Assembly: GCA_964422895.1 (NCBI GenBank)
Contig: CAYRCW010000003.1
Span: 1 to 30,808, forward strand
DNA: 30,808 nt
Direction of reading: 5' to 3'
Origin: an uncultured Planctomycetia bacterium
Lineage (GTDB): Bacteria > Omnitrophota > Gorgyraeia > Kaelpiales > Kaelpiaceae
Position numbers and translations under genes: made by a program
Shown: positions 8,382-17,257 of the stretch, piece by piece
How positions within the stretch are numbered: position 1 is the first letter of the stretch
Layout of the letters: each line of letters opens with the position of its first letter
The notes under the pieces: model-generated
The model's database searches: none
What the model was told of the DNA's origin: nothing
What the model saw: only the letters and a program-made list of their open reading frames with translations

Positions 8382-9698
8382 CTATATGATTTTAATACAA
8401 TCATCTAAGATACTATTTAGATCCTCAACGAAATGAGGATAAGAGATAGCTATAGAATCTAGAGAATCTAATGTCGAATCACCTTTAGCTAAGATAGAGG
8501 CTACTATGTTAACCATAGCAGTTCTATGATCAGAAAAACTTAATAAGTCAGCACCCTTAAGAGACTCTACTCCTTTTATTAACACATCGTCACCTAAAAC
8601 CTCTATTCTAGCACCCATATCTGTTAAATTTTTTACCATAGAGTCTATTCTATCTGTCTCCTTAACTCTTAACTCAGAGACACCCTCTATATAACTATCC
8701 CCTTGCGCAAGAGAAGCAACTAAGAATAGCACCGGAAGTTCATCTATAAGAGACGGGATCTCTTCCTTAGATACATTCACCCCTTTTAAGCTAGAACTCG
8801 CTATAGATATATTGGCAGATGGCTCAGATATAACAGAATCTGCTTCACTTACAATCAAATCAATACCTATATCTGCACCCATCCTCTTTAAAACATTTAT
8901 AAAACCGCAGCGAGTAGGATTAATGCCCACATTCTTAAGGAGTAATTTTGAATTAGAACTTAAAATTGTAAGAGCGATAAAAAATGCAGCAGAAGATATA
9001 TCCGCTGGAACAGAGAAATCAAAAACTCTCAATCTATCTGTTTTCTTTATCTCCACATCTAACCCATCGAAAAATATGTTTGCACCAAAAGATAAAAGCA
9101 TTCTCTCCGTGTGATCCCGAGAACTATATTTCTGATGAATTATAGTCGGAGATTCTGCATACAAACCCGCCATTAGAATAGCTGATTTGACCTGAGCACT
9201 GGATACAGACATATCATAGTTTATACCTTTTAGCCTTGAACCCTTAACTTCTATTGGTAATAGATTTGCACCATCAGGACCGCTAAAAGAACCACCCATC
9301 ATAGATAGAGGCTCTGTAACCCGTTTCATAGGACGTAGGGATAGCGATTCATCCCCTTTAATTTTTGCATTAAAATCTTGAGCACTAAGTAAACCTAAAA
9401 TCAATCTTGCAGTAGTTCCAGAGTTGCCAAGATAAAGAGCTTGGTCAGGTTTTTTTAATCCCTTTAACCCTACACCTGATACATTAACTTCATTTCCATC
9501 AACTGATATACCTACGCCAAGACTACGGAAAGCATCAATCGTGCTAAGTAAATCTTGGGAGAGTAAAAAATTATCTATCTTTACATTGTTTTCAGATAAA
9601 GCAGAAAAAAATATACCGCGATGCGATATAGATTTATCTGATGGTGGAACTATCTCAGAATTAAAAGAAATAGCTTCTGTCTTTTTTATGATTTTCAT
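8382..9698 (-). CDS. aroA: EPSP synthase (class II-like motifs)
   Basis: PSDKSISHR, LGNSGTTARL, GDESLSLRPM, SAQVKSA, RDHTERML, NPTR, IDELP, RVKETDRI, DHRTAM. Confidence 0.97.
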   Translation of the reverse strand: MKIIKKTEAISFNSEIVPPSDKSISHRGIFFSALSENNVKIDNFLLSQDLLSTIDAFRSLGVGISVDGNEVNVSGVGLKGLKKPDQALYLGNSGTTARLILGLLSAQDFNAKIKGDESLSLRPMKRVTEPLSMMGGSFSGPDGANLLPIEVKGSRLKGINYDMSVSSAQVKSAILMAGLYAESPTIIHQKYSSRDHTERMLLSFGANIFFDGLDVEIKKTDRLRVFDFSVPADISSAAFFIALTILSSNSKLLLKNVGINPTRCGFINVLKRMGADIGIDLIVSEADSVISEPSANISIASSSLKGVNVSKEEIPSLIDELPVLFLVASLAQGDSYIEGVSELRVKETDRIDSMVKNLTDMGARIEVLGDDVLIKGVESLKGADLLSFSDHRTAMVNIVASILAKGDSTLDSLDSIAISYPHFVEDLNSILDDCIKII

Positions 9699-9713
9699 AT
9701 TAGATTACAAAAA

Positions 9714-10457
9714 TTACTCTTCTTCTGGAAGTATGTCTATAGTCATACCTTCGGCTATGTTCTCCCTGCCTTCTAATATATCTAAAACAGACATAGATTC
9801 GTAAACTCTATCCGGCTGAAGTTTGCCTTGAGTTTGACCCTGGACACTGAATACATACACTGAATCTATATCTACACCATCCTTAGCTCCTTTATTCAAA
9901 ACAATAAATCCATACTCTTTGTTAAAAGCCATTATCTCTGCTTCTATTTGAGCAACTTTAATCTTTGACAAAGCTTCCTTTTTGTCGACAACTTCTTCTA
10001 CTACAGTAATATTATCAAGCTTAACTTTATCTTCTTCTGCGAAAGGAGCTATCCTTACTAAGCTTGATTTATCTTTAAAACCTTTCTTGTATTCATCCAG
10101 CTTGGATTGCTGTTCTTCAAATCTCTTAAGTAATACATCTCTCTCTTGAGATAGTATTTCAATCTCCGATTTAGCCCCACTTAAATTAATAGTGATATCT
10201 CCTACTTCTTTTGACAATGCTTTATTTTTAACTATTTTATCTTCAAGCTCCTGGCTAACTTTTTGGTAATCATCTCTTATCTTATCTAATTCTTGCTTAA
10301 TATTTTCTTTATCTTCTAAAGCTAAATTTAGAGTAGTCTCCATATCTTTTCTAAGCCTAATCTCTTTTTCTTTTTCCTGATAGAGAAAAAAATAGCCTGC
10401 TCCAATTCCAGCTACTATTACAAATATAAGCATAACAATTAAAATTTTCTTAAACAT
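9714..10457 (-). CDS. Hypothetical membrane-anchored protein: N-terminal TM, long coiled coil, C-terminal beta domain
   Basis: Intact 247-aa ORF flush with its neighbours. Hydrophobic residues ~5-25, heptad-rich segment to ~125, beta-rich C-terminus containing FIVLNKGAKDGV. Confidence 0.85.
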   Translation of the reverse strand: MFKKILIVMLIFVIVAGIGAGYFFLYQEKEKEIRLRKDMETTLNLALEDKENIKQELDKIRDDYQKVSQELEDKIVKNKALSKEVGDITINLSGAKSEIEILSQERDVLLKRFEEQQSKLDEYKKGFKDKSSLVRIAPFAEEDKVKLDNITVVEEVVDKKEALSKIKVAQIEAEIMAFNKEYGFIVLNKGAKDGVDIDSVYVFSVQGQTQGKLQPDRVYESMSVLDILEGRENIAEGMTIDILPEEE

Positions 10458-10458
10458 A

Positions 10459-11445
10459 TCATACCTCCTTAAGAATATTATCCAATATAAGATTATAGTT
10501 CGTTATATTTAATTTAGAAAGCAAATTTTTAAAATCAACTGCTAGCGGCGCTTTAAAACTAATCTGATTCTTCTCTCTGGGATGAAAAAACTTTACCTGA
10601 TAAGCATGGAGCGCTTGACGAGAGATTAAATCTGAACTCAGACCATACCTAGAATCTCCAATAATAGGATGGCCGTAATGCTTCATATGGACTCTCAGCT
10701 GATGAGTTCTCCCAGTCCTAGGAAAGAGTAAGATAAATGTATAAAACTTTTGAGACTTAACGGTGGTTTTTAGGCTAACCCTTTTAATGACTCTAAAATA
10801 TGTCTGCGCTGGCTTACCCTTAGAGTCATCGATAACCATTATCGTCCTCTTAATTTTTGACCTTCCAATGGGTCTATCAATCAAACCTTCATCATATTCA
10901 ACGCTACCCTTAACTAAAGCAAGGTAGTTTTTTATAATATCTCTATTTTTAAATTGAGCAGCAATGTTTTCATGAGAGTCGTTATTCTTAGCGATAATCA
11001 TAATCCCAGAAGTATCTTTATCGAGCCTATGCACTATTCCAGGCTTTAGATGTCCGTTAACATCTGAGAGCTCGTCAAACTTAAAGAGCAATCCATTAAC
11101 CAACGTATCTGAACCTAAATTATTCAACGGATGAGAGCTAATACCGGCAGGTTTATTAATTATTGCCAAATCTCTATCTTCATATATAACAGATATACCT
11201 ACATCTTTAGGTTCTAAATCATGCTCTTTGAGTATATCTTTGAGAATAGTTACCCTATCTCCTTTTTTAATTATATTCGAAGGTCTTACTGAATTATTAT
11301 TATTGACCGAAATAATTTTCTGATAAATCGCTTTTTTTATTCTCTCTCTAGATAGACTTTTAAAATTAGCATGCAAAAGCAGGTCTAACCTAATATCAGA
11401 ACCTTGATGATCAAAAGAATAATTATTCTTTATTAAATATGGCAT
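10459..11445 (-). CDS. rluD: RluA/RluD-family 23S rRNA pseudouridine synthase with S4 domain
   Basis: RLDLLL..SRERIKKAI S4 domain, INKPAG..HP, PGIVHRLDKDTSG (catalytic Asp), TGRTHQLRVH, HPIIGD..YG, RQALHA; follows lspA. Confidence 0.92.
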   Translation of the reverse strand: MPYLIKNNYSFDHQGSDIRLDLLLHANFKSLSRERIKKAIYQKIISVNNNNSVRPSNIIKKGDRVTILKDILKEHDLEPKDVGISVIYEDRDLAIINKPAGISSHPLNNLGSDTLVNGLLFKFDELSDVNGHLKPGIVHRLDKDTSGIMIIAKNNDSHENIAAQFKNRDIIKNYLALVKGSVEYDEGLIDRPIGRSKIKRTIMVIDDSKGKPAQTYFRVIKRVSLKTTVKSQKFYTFILLFPRTGRTHQLRVHMKHYGHPIIGDSRYGLSSDLISRQALHAYQVKFFHPREKNQISFKAPLAVDFKNLLSKLNITNYNLILDNILKEV

Positions 11446-11878
11446 CTTTTAATATTAGAAATACTGCTATTGTTATATAGCTATCGGCAAGATTAAAAGT
11501 AGGGAAAAAAGTAAAGTTCACATAGTCTAATACTCCCCCATAGATGAACCGATCCATAAGATTGGATGCTGCTCCGGCTATAATTAAAGTAAAGCTGAAA
11601 TAGAGTGAGCTAATTTTTAACCCAAATAGAAAATAAACTAAGAAAGACAATAGTATGAAAGCATTTAGCCATATAAAGACATGAGACAGATTGCTCAATA
11701 CTCCAAAAGCTATTCCAGAATTTATCAAAACTTTGATATTGAAAAAATTAGGTATAATATCATAAATAATTACACCTCGAGGAAATGAACCTAAGTAAGA
11801 TTTTACTATTTGATCTACTACTAGAAGAACAGCCATCAGCAAAAGGTAGAGACCCTTGCCTTTAAAGCTGTTTTTCAC
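11423..11878 (-). CDS. lspA: Lipoprotein signal peptidase II (GTG start)
   Basis: DQIVK, NSGIAFG, GAASNLMDR, VLDY and FNLAD catalytic Asp motifs. Confidence 0.95.
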   Translation of the reverse strand: MKNSFKGKGLYLLLMAVLLVVDQIVKSYLGSFPRGVIIYDIIPNFFNIKVLINSGIAFGVLSNLSHVFIWLNAFILLSFLVYFLFGLKISSLYFSFTLIIAGAASNLMDRFIYGGVLDYVNFTFFPTFNLADSYITIAVFLILKDAIFNKE

Positions 11879-12276
11879 TTCTTCTCCCTTCTAACCCTCT
11901 TCTCCTCTTCAGTTTGACACTTTAAACAATATTTAGCATAAGGTATAGCATTCAAACGACTTTTTTTAATCCTCTCTTCGCAAAGCTCACAAATACCATA
12001 ATCTTTAGACTCAATTCTAAATAAAGCCTCATCTATAAGATACATTAACTCTTGTTCGTTATTAGCTAAAGCATAAGAAAACTCTCTGTCAAAACTATCT
12101 GCAGCCATATCAGCCATATGGTAAGTATAGCTAGATATATCTCCAGAAATATCTTTTTGAGATTTATAGATGCTATCTTCGGTTAAACGTCTTATCTCTA
12201 AGGCTATTTTATTTTTAAGATCTACTAGAATTTTCTTAAATTTATCCAGCTCTTCTTTATTGAAACTTTTATTCAT
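11875..12276 (-). CDS. dksA: DksA/TraR-family C4 zinc-finger RNA polymerase-binding factor
   Basis: Coiled coil with tip HMADMAAD (DxA retained) and C4 finger CELC...RLNAIPYAKYCLKC. Confidence 0.88.
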   Translation of the reverse strand: MNKSFNKEELDKFKKILVDLKNKIALEIRRLTEDSIYKSQKDISGDISSYTYHMADMAADSFDREFSYALANNEQELMYLIDEALFRIESKDYGICELCEERIKKSRLNAIPYAKYCLKCQTEEEKRVRREKK

Positions 12277-15095
12277 AATATCTTCTCCAATACTTTAGCA
12301 CAGCGAAGACAGACATCTTTATGTTTTTCGTCTCCACCAACATCAAGAGTATAATTCCAACACCTCATACACTTTTTACCCTGACTCTGTTCGACAACAA
12401 TATCTATCTCACCAAGACCATCTATCTCGTCTAAGTCCTCTCTCGCTTCATTTACTTTGATAAGCTCTACGCTTGAAACTATAAAAAGCGTATTCAAAAT
12501 AGCTTTATAATTATCCAAAAAGCTATAACTATTGTCCAGTAAAATCTTCAACTGAATCTTAGCTTCTAAAGAACTGCCTATCTCACTTAATTCTCTCTTT
12601 CTTTCAATAGCTTTCATAACTACATCTCTTAAAACAAAGAGCTTACTAAAATCATTCAAAACTACTTTATTTTCACTATTTAATGCTGTATCTTTGAAGG
12701 AAGTTAGATGTACGCTATCATAGCTAGAATCATCATCGCTCTTAAGCTCTAAGTTCATCCAAACATCTTCAGCAGTAAAAGGTAATATCGGAGCTATTAG
12801 TCTTACAAGCATAGACAGCAGGTGGTACATAACGGTTTGAGAAGATTTTCTTTTCTCATCTCTAGGGCAGAATGTGTACATTCTATCTTTTAAAATGTCT
12901 AAGTAAATAGACGAAAGCTTCTCGTTCATAAAGAGGTATATCTTTTTAAAGACCTGATTGAATTCATATTCTTCATAGAGAGATCTAACTTCTTGATTAA
13001 GAACTATAGACTCTGCATATATCCAACTATCTATTAAATCTAAATCTGAATATTCAACCCTGTCACTACTAGGAACATAGTCATATATATTGCTTAAAAG
13101 AAATTTAAAGGTATTTCTTATCTTTCTATAAGATTCTACAACCTGCTTTATTATATCCTCTGAAATTCTTAAATCCTGAGTAAAATCACGTGATATAGCC
13201 CAAAGTCTTAAAACATCAGCCCCGTATTTATCTATAACTTTAAGAGGAGATATCACATTACCTAGAGATTTAGACATCTTCTTCCCATCACCATCAACCA
13301 CAAATCCATGCGTAAGAACAGTTTTATATGGAGGCCTATCTTCCATACTAATCCCTGTAATAAGTGAAGTCTGAAACCAGCCTCTGTGTTGATCGCTACC
13401 TTCTAAGTATAAGTCGGCAGGATAACTTAAATTATACTCATCTTTTAATACTGCTTGATGACTTATTCCTGACTCAAACCAGACATCTATAATATCATCC
13501 TCTTTTTCAAAGAGATCGATATCACTATTACCGCATTTGTCGCATTTGAAATCTTCTGGTAAGAACTTCTTGTAGCTTTCCTTAAACCATATATCAGCAC
13601 CACTTTTAGCTACTTCTTCTGCAACATTGAGAATAAAACTATAGTCTAAAATAGAGCTTTTACATTGCGTACACTTAAGCGATGGTATTGCAACACCCCA
13701 ATATCTTTGACGAGAGAGACACCAGTCAGGCCTTGTCTGAAGCATACCTCTCATTCTCTGTAATCCTATTTCAGGAATCCATCTTACCTTATCAGCAGCT
13801 TTAAGCAGTCTAGTACGTAATTCAGACTTATCTATCGACATAAAAAGCTGTAATGTTGCTCTAAAGACAATCGGAGATTTGCATCGCCAACAATGAGGGT
13901 AAGAATGTTCTATCTTGCCTTCTTTTAATAGAGCGCTTTTATCCCTGAGAACTTCTTTCACCCTTGCATTCCCATCCCAAACAAGTTGACCAGAAAACTC
14001 TCCAACGTCTTCAAATATACCCTTATCGTTTAAAGGCATAATTATATCGAGACCTTTCTCTTTACCTAAAAGATAATCATCCATACCATGACCTGGAGCT
14101 ATATGTACACACCCTGTTCCATCTTCCATAGATACAAAACTAGCACTAACAACTCTAGATTCTCGCTCTATAAAGGGGTGCTTTAATCTAATACCTTCAA
14201 GCTCACTACCCTTAAAACTATAGAGTATAGATTCTACTTCCAAAGAAAGATGCTCTTTTAAAAATGGCAACCTCTTAGAAGCAACAACTACTACCTCTTT
14301 TGTTTTAAGTTTTACAAAACTATACTCTTCTTCGTAATTAAGAGCTACAGCAACATTTGATATCAATGTCCAAGGAGTAGTAGTCCAGATTAAGAAATAG
14401 GAATTCTGCAGTAGATCTATATTGATATCTGATTTTGATATATCATTAATTGCAAACTTTACATATATAGAATCAGAAAGAATCTCTTCATATTCTACTT
14501 CAGCCTCAGCTAGAGCAGTCTCACATTTAATACACCAATTCACAGGCTTAACATCTTTATAGAGATAACCCTGTTTTACAAGCTCTGCCAGAGAACGTAG
14601 CGTCGCAGATTCATAATCACGGTTTAAAGTAAGATAAGGGGTATCCCAGTTAGCCATACAGCCCAACCTTTTAAACTCTTTTTTCTGAATCTCAACATAT
14701 TTAAGAGCATAATCTTTTGCTTTTTTACGAAATTCAACAGGCTCAATATCAGACTTTTTTAATTTAAGATTTTTTATAAGCTGATGTTCGACGGGAAGAC
14801 CATGGCAATCCCAACCAGGTATAAGATTAACAAAATGACCAGTCATAGATTTAAATCTTAGAACCACATCTTTTAATGTCTTGTTTAAAGCATGCCCAAG
14901 ATGAATATCTCCATTAGCATAAGGAGGCCCATCATGAAGAACGTAAGAAGTCTTATTTTTATTATTAAGCTTAATATTCTCATATAATTTATCTTTCTCC
15001 CAATTTTCAATAAAACCAGGCTCTCTCTGAGAGAGATTACCTCGCATGGGAAACTTAGTTTTAGGGAGATTTAAAGTATCTTTATAGTCTTTCAT
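12273..15095 (-). CDS. ileS: Isoleucyl-tRNA synthetase (type 1)
   Basis: LNLPKT.FPM, HDGPPYANG.IHLGH, WTTTPWTL editing domain, DWCLSRQRYWG, YLEGSDQHRGWF, KMSKS, C-terminal CMRCW...CLRC zinc motif. Confidence 0.98.
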   Translation of the reverse strand: MKDYKDTLNLPKTKFPMRGNLSQREPGFIENWEKDKLYENIKLNNKNKTSYVLHDGPPYANGDIHLGHALNKTLKDVVLRFKSMTGHFVNLIPGWDCHGLPVEHQLIKNLKLKKSDIEPVEFRKKAKDYALKYVEIQKKEFKRLGCMANWDTPYLTLNRDYESATLRSLAELVKQGYLYKDVKPVNWCIKCETALAEAEVEYEEILSDSIYVKFAINDISKSDINIDLLQNSYFLIWTTTPWTLISNVAVALNYEEEYSFVKLKTKEVVVVASKRLPFLKEHLSLEVESILYSFKGSELEGIRLKHPFIERESRVVSASFVSMEDGTGCVHIAPGHGMDDYLLGKEKGLDIIMPLNDKGIFEDVGEFSGQLVWDGNARVKEVLRDKSALLKEGKIEHSYPHCWRCKSPIVFRATLQLFMSIDKSELRTRLLKAADKVRWIPEIGLQRMRGMLQTRPDWCLSRQRYWGVAIPSLKCTQCKSSILDYSFILNVAEEVAKSGADIWFKESYKKFLPEDFKCDKCGNSDIDLFEKEDDIIDVWFESGISHQAVLKDEYNLSYPADLYLEGSDQHRGWFQTSLITGISMEDRPPYKTVLTHGFVVDGDGKKMSKSLGNVISPLKVIDKYGADVLRLWAISRDFTQDLRISEDIIKQVVESYRKIRNTFKFLLSNIYDYVPSSDRVEYSDLDLIDSWIYAESIVLNQEVRSLYEEYEFNQVFKKIYLFMNEKLSSIYLDILKDRMYTFCPRDEKRKSSQTVMYHLLSMLVRLIAPILPFTAEDVWMNLELKSDDDSSYDSVHLTSFKDTALNSENKVVLNDFSKLFVLRDVVMKAIERKRELSEIGSSLEAKIQLKILLDNSYSFLDNYKAILNTLFIVSSVELIKVNEAREDLDEIDGLGEIDIVVEQSQGKKCMRCWNYTLDVGGDEKHKDVCLRCAKVLEKIL

Positions 15096-15916
15096 ATCAA
15101 TCTTGGTATGAGTTTATATATAAGCTGAGCCAATTTAGGCTCTGCTTTTGCAGCAGTGCTAAGAATCTCTTTAAAGTTTACCGGTTTTAAAGCATCGGGT
15201 AAGCACAGATCTGTGACGCAGCTTATACCTAAGACTCTTAAACCGCAATGAATGGCTGCAATCACTTCAGGAACAGTAGACATCCCTACACAATCAGCAC
15301 CTATAGTCCTTAAAAAGCGATACTCTGCTCTAGTCTCCAAATTAGGACCTGTTAAGCCAACATAGACACCCTTGTGAACTCTTATTTTTAGCTCTAAAGC
15401 TAAGTCCATAGCCAAGCTCAAGATCTTCTTATCGTAAGGTTCACACATATCCGGAAATCTATCTCCTAATCTATCATCGTTAGGACCTATAAGAGGATTT
15501 ACACCCATAAGATTTATATGGTCATCTATAAGCATGAGATCGCCCTTATCAAAAGATGGATTCATTCCACCTGCAGCATTAGATATTATAAGATACTCTG
15601 CTCCTAAGGCACGCATAACACGTATCGGATAAGCAATATCATAGACAGAGTAACCTTCGTAGAGATGGAACCGGCCTCCCATAACTACAACATCTCGAGT
15701 GTTAACCTTTCCAAATATCAGCTCTCCATTATGACCTTCTACTGTTGAGACAGGAAAATGAGGAATATCACTGTAATCTAAGCTCTTAACACTCTTAATT
15801 CTCTCTCCAAAAGCTGATAACCCTGAACCTAGAACAACTGCAATTTTAGGCTTATTTTTAATATTATTTCTTATAAAAGAACACGTCTCATTGATCTTCT
15901 TTCTTAAATTTTCCAA
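15092..15916 (-). CDS. punA: Purine nucleoside phosphorylase, trimeric (NP-II) family (TTG start)
   Basis: VLGSGL, IPHFPVSTVEGH, GRFHLYEGY, SNAAGG, DHINL, RFPDM, GPNLETRAE, GADCVGMSTVPE. SD GAGGAG precedes the TTG. Confidence 0.93.
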   Translation of the reverse strand: MENLRKKINETCSFIRNNIKNKPKIAVVLGSGLSAFGERIKSVKSLDYSDIPHFPVSTVEGHNGELIFGKVNTRDVVVMGGRFHLYEGYSVYDIAYPIRVMRALGAEYLIISNAAGGMNPSFDKGDLMLIDDHINLMGVNPLIGPNDDRLGDRFPDMCEPYDKKILSLAMDLALELKIRVHKGVYVGLTGPNLETRAEYRFLRTIGADCVGMSTVPEVIAAIHCGLRVLGISCVTDLCLPDALKPVNFKEILSTAAKAEPKLAQLIYKLIPRLI

Positions 15917-15930
15917 TTTAAACTCCTCTT

Positions 15931-16242
15931 TTAGATACTGCCTCTGAGATGATAACTTATCTCAAGTAAAGTTCTGACCAAAAACGATCTTAAAAACATT
16001 ATTATAAGAAAAGCAATTATAGGCGAGATGTCTATTCCAATCCCAGCTCCAATAGGAAGCATTCTTCTTATGGTAGATAAAACCGGCTCTGTGAATTTAT
16101 ATAAAAACTGAACTATCGTATTATAGGGATCTGGATTGACCCAAGATATTAAAGCACGTATCAAAATTAACCAATAATATATTATAAGTACAAAACCTAA
16201 GATCTTAGCTATTGCTTCAATTAGATTTGCTAACATAAACAT
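15931..16242 (-). CDS. yggT: YggT-family membrane protein
   Basis: ALISWVNPDPYN.IVQFLYKFTEP.L..IRR..P...GIDISPI; follows proC. Confidence 0.93.
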   Translation of the reverse strand: MFMLANLIEAIAKILGFVLIIYYWLILIRALISWVNPDPYNTIVQFLYKFTEPVLSTIRRMLPIGAGIGIDISPIIAFLIIMFLRSFLVRTLLEISYHLRGSI

Positions 16243-17027
16243 TATTCTCCTAGCTCCTTTGATTTTGCTATTGCTCTTCTAATACCATCTTTTACAATCT
16301 TTGAAAAATTACTCTCTTGCCAATAATCGAGGCATGCTTCCGTTGTTCCGCCAGGAGACTTGACTCTATTAATCAGCTCCTCTGTTGAAATATCTAGCTC
16401 TTTTAAAATACTTAGAGTTCCTCTTAAAGTCTCTAATACAATTTCAGAAGATGCATCTTCAAGCCCTGCCTCAACTGCTAGATCTTCAATTGCTTTAATA
16501 AAATAAGCAAAATAAGCCGGGCCGCTACCAGATATAGCTGTAATAGAATCCATTAGCTCTTCTCTAACTTCTTTAACGCTGCCTATGTTAGAAAAAATTT
16601 CCTCAATTAACTTAACCTCTTTATCGTCAACTTTATCTGAACATGAAATAGCTGTAAAAGACTTCCCTATTAATGCACCCATATTCGGCATAGCCCTTAC
16701 TACCTTCTCTAAAGAACCTTCAGATACTATAAAATCTATAGAGACCCCAGCTGCTATTGAAACAAACAATTTATCCTCTGCTTGGATACTACTAATAGCA
16801 CTTAAAAGTTCTTTAAAGTTTTGCGGCTTAACAGCAATGATAATGATAGAGGAGAGCTCTATCAGTTCTTTAAGTTCAACATTCTTAAGCTCTTTATATC
16901 TACTAGCTATCTCTTTAGCTCTAATATTATCAGACTCACTAAAATAGACCTCATAACCACCGCTATTCATTAAATGGCTGGCTATAGCTTCGCCCATCTT
17001 CCCTAATCCTATAATCCCTATATTCAT
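16242..17027 (-). CDS. proC: Pyrroline-5-carboxylate reductase
   Basis: [47 protein letters not shown]. Confidence 0.95.
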   Translation of the reverse strand: MNIGIIGLGKMGEAIASHLMNSGGYEVYFSESDNIRAKEIASRYKELKNVELKELIELSSIIIIAVKPQNFKELLSAISSIQAEDKLFVSIAAGVSIDFIVSEGSLEKVVRAMPNMGALIGKSFTAISCSDKVDDKEVKLIEEIFSNIGSVKEVREELMDSITAISGSGPAYFAYFIKAIEDLAVEAGLEDASSEIVLETLRGTLSILKELDISTEELINRVKSPGGTTEACLDYWQESNFSKIVKDGIRRAIAKSKELGE

Positions 17028-17219
17028 ACTCTCTCTCCAAAGATTGCTCTATCCAATCTTATAAAATCAGCTCCCTCTTCAATTGCAATCTCAAAATCAT
17101 CACTCATACCCATTGAGAGATAAAGATCTCTGCCTAACTTTCTACTCATAATTTCTATTACTCCTGGAAGCTGTTATAGCTACTCTTCTTTTAATATTAT
17201 TTATATTATCTAAAAGCAT
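17024..17219 (-). pseudogene. yggS: Internally deleted yggS/PLPBP (PLP-homeostasis protein) remnant
   Basis: 17219-17142 translates [25 protein letters not shown], resembling the YggS N-terminal helix. In a shifted frame, 17149-17024 translates [41 protein letters not shown], carrying the YggS C-terminal signature LSMGMS.D...AIEEG...R. It sits at the usual yggS position directly upstream of proC-yggT. 196 nt in total versus about 690 expected. Confidence 0.9.
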
Positions 17220-17227
17220 TGCTCAAT

Positions 17228-17257
17228 AATTTAACATATATTCATAGACTATGTCAA
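17228..17257 (-). promoter_or_regulatory. Putative sigma70 promoter of the yggS'-proC-...-aroA unit
   Basis: Minus strand perfect TTGACA(17257-17252)-N18-TAAATT(17233-17228) with TG in the extended -10 position; only 8 nt before the yggS ATG. Confidence 0.7.

Noticed and set aside
11875-12276. DksA tip reads HMADMA rather than DxxDxA
   Set aside because: The functionally key second Asp and Ala are retained, and this variant is common outside Gammaproteobacteria (recalled).
12273-15095. HLGH instead of HIGH in IleRS (also TyrRS and TrpRS) as a possible mupirocin-resistance signal
   Set aside because: HLGH is a common class I variant, and the enzyme has type 1 architecture without the altered signature of resistant type 2 IleRS.
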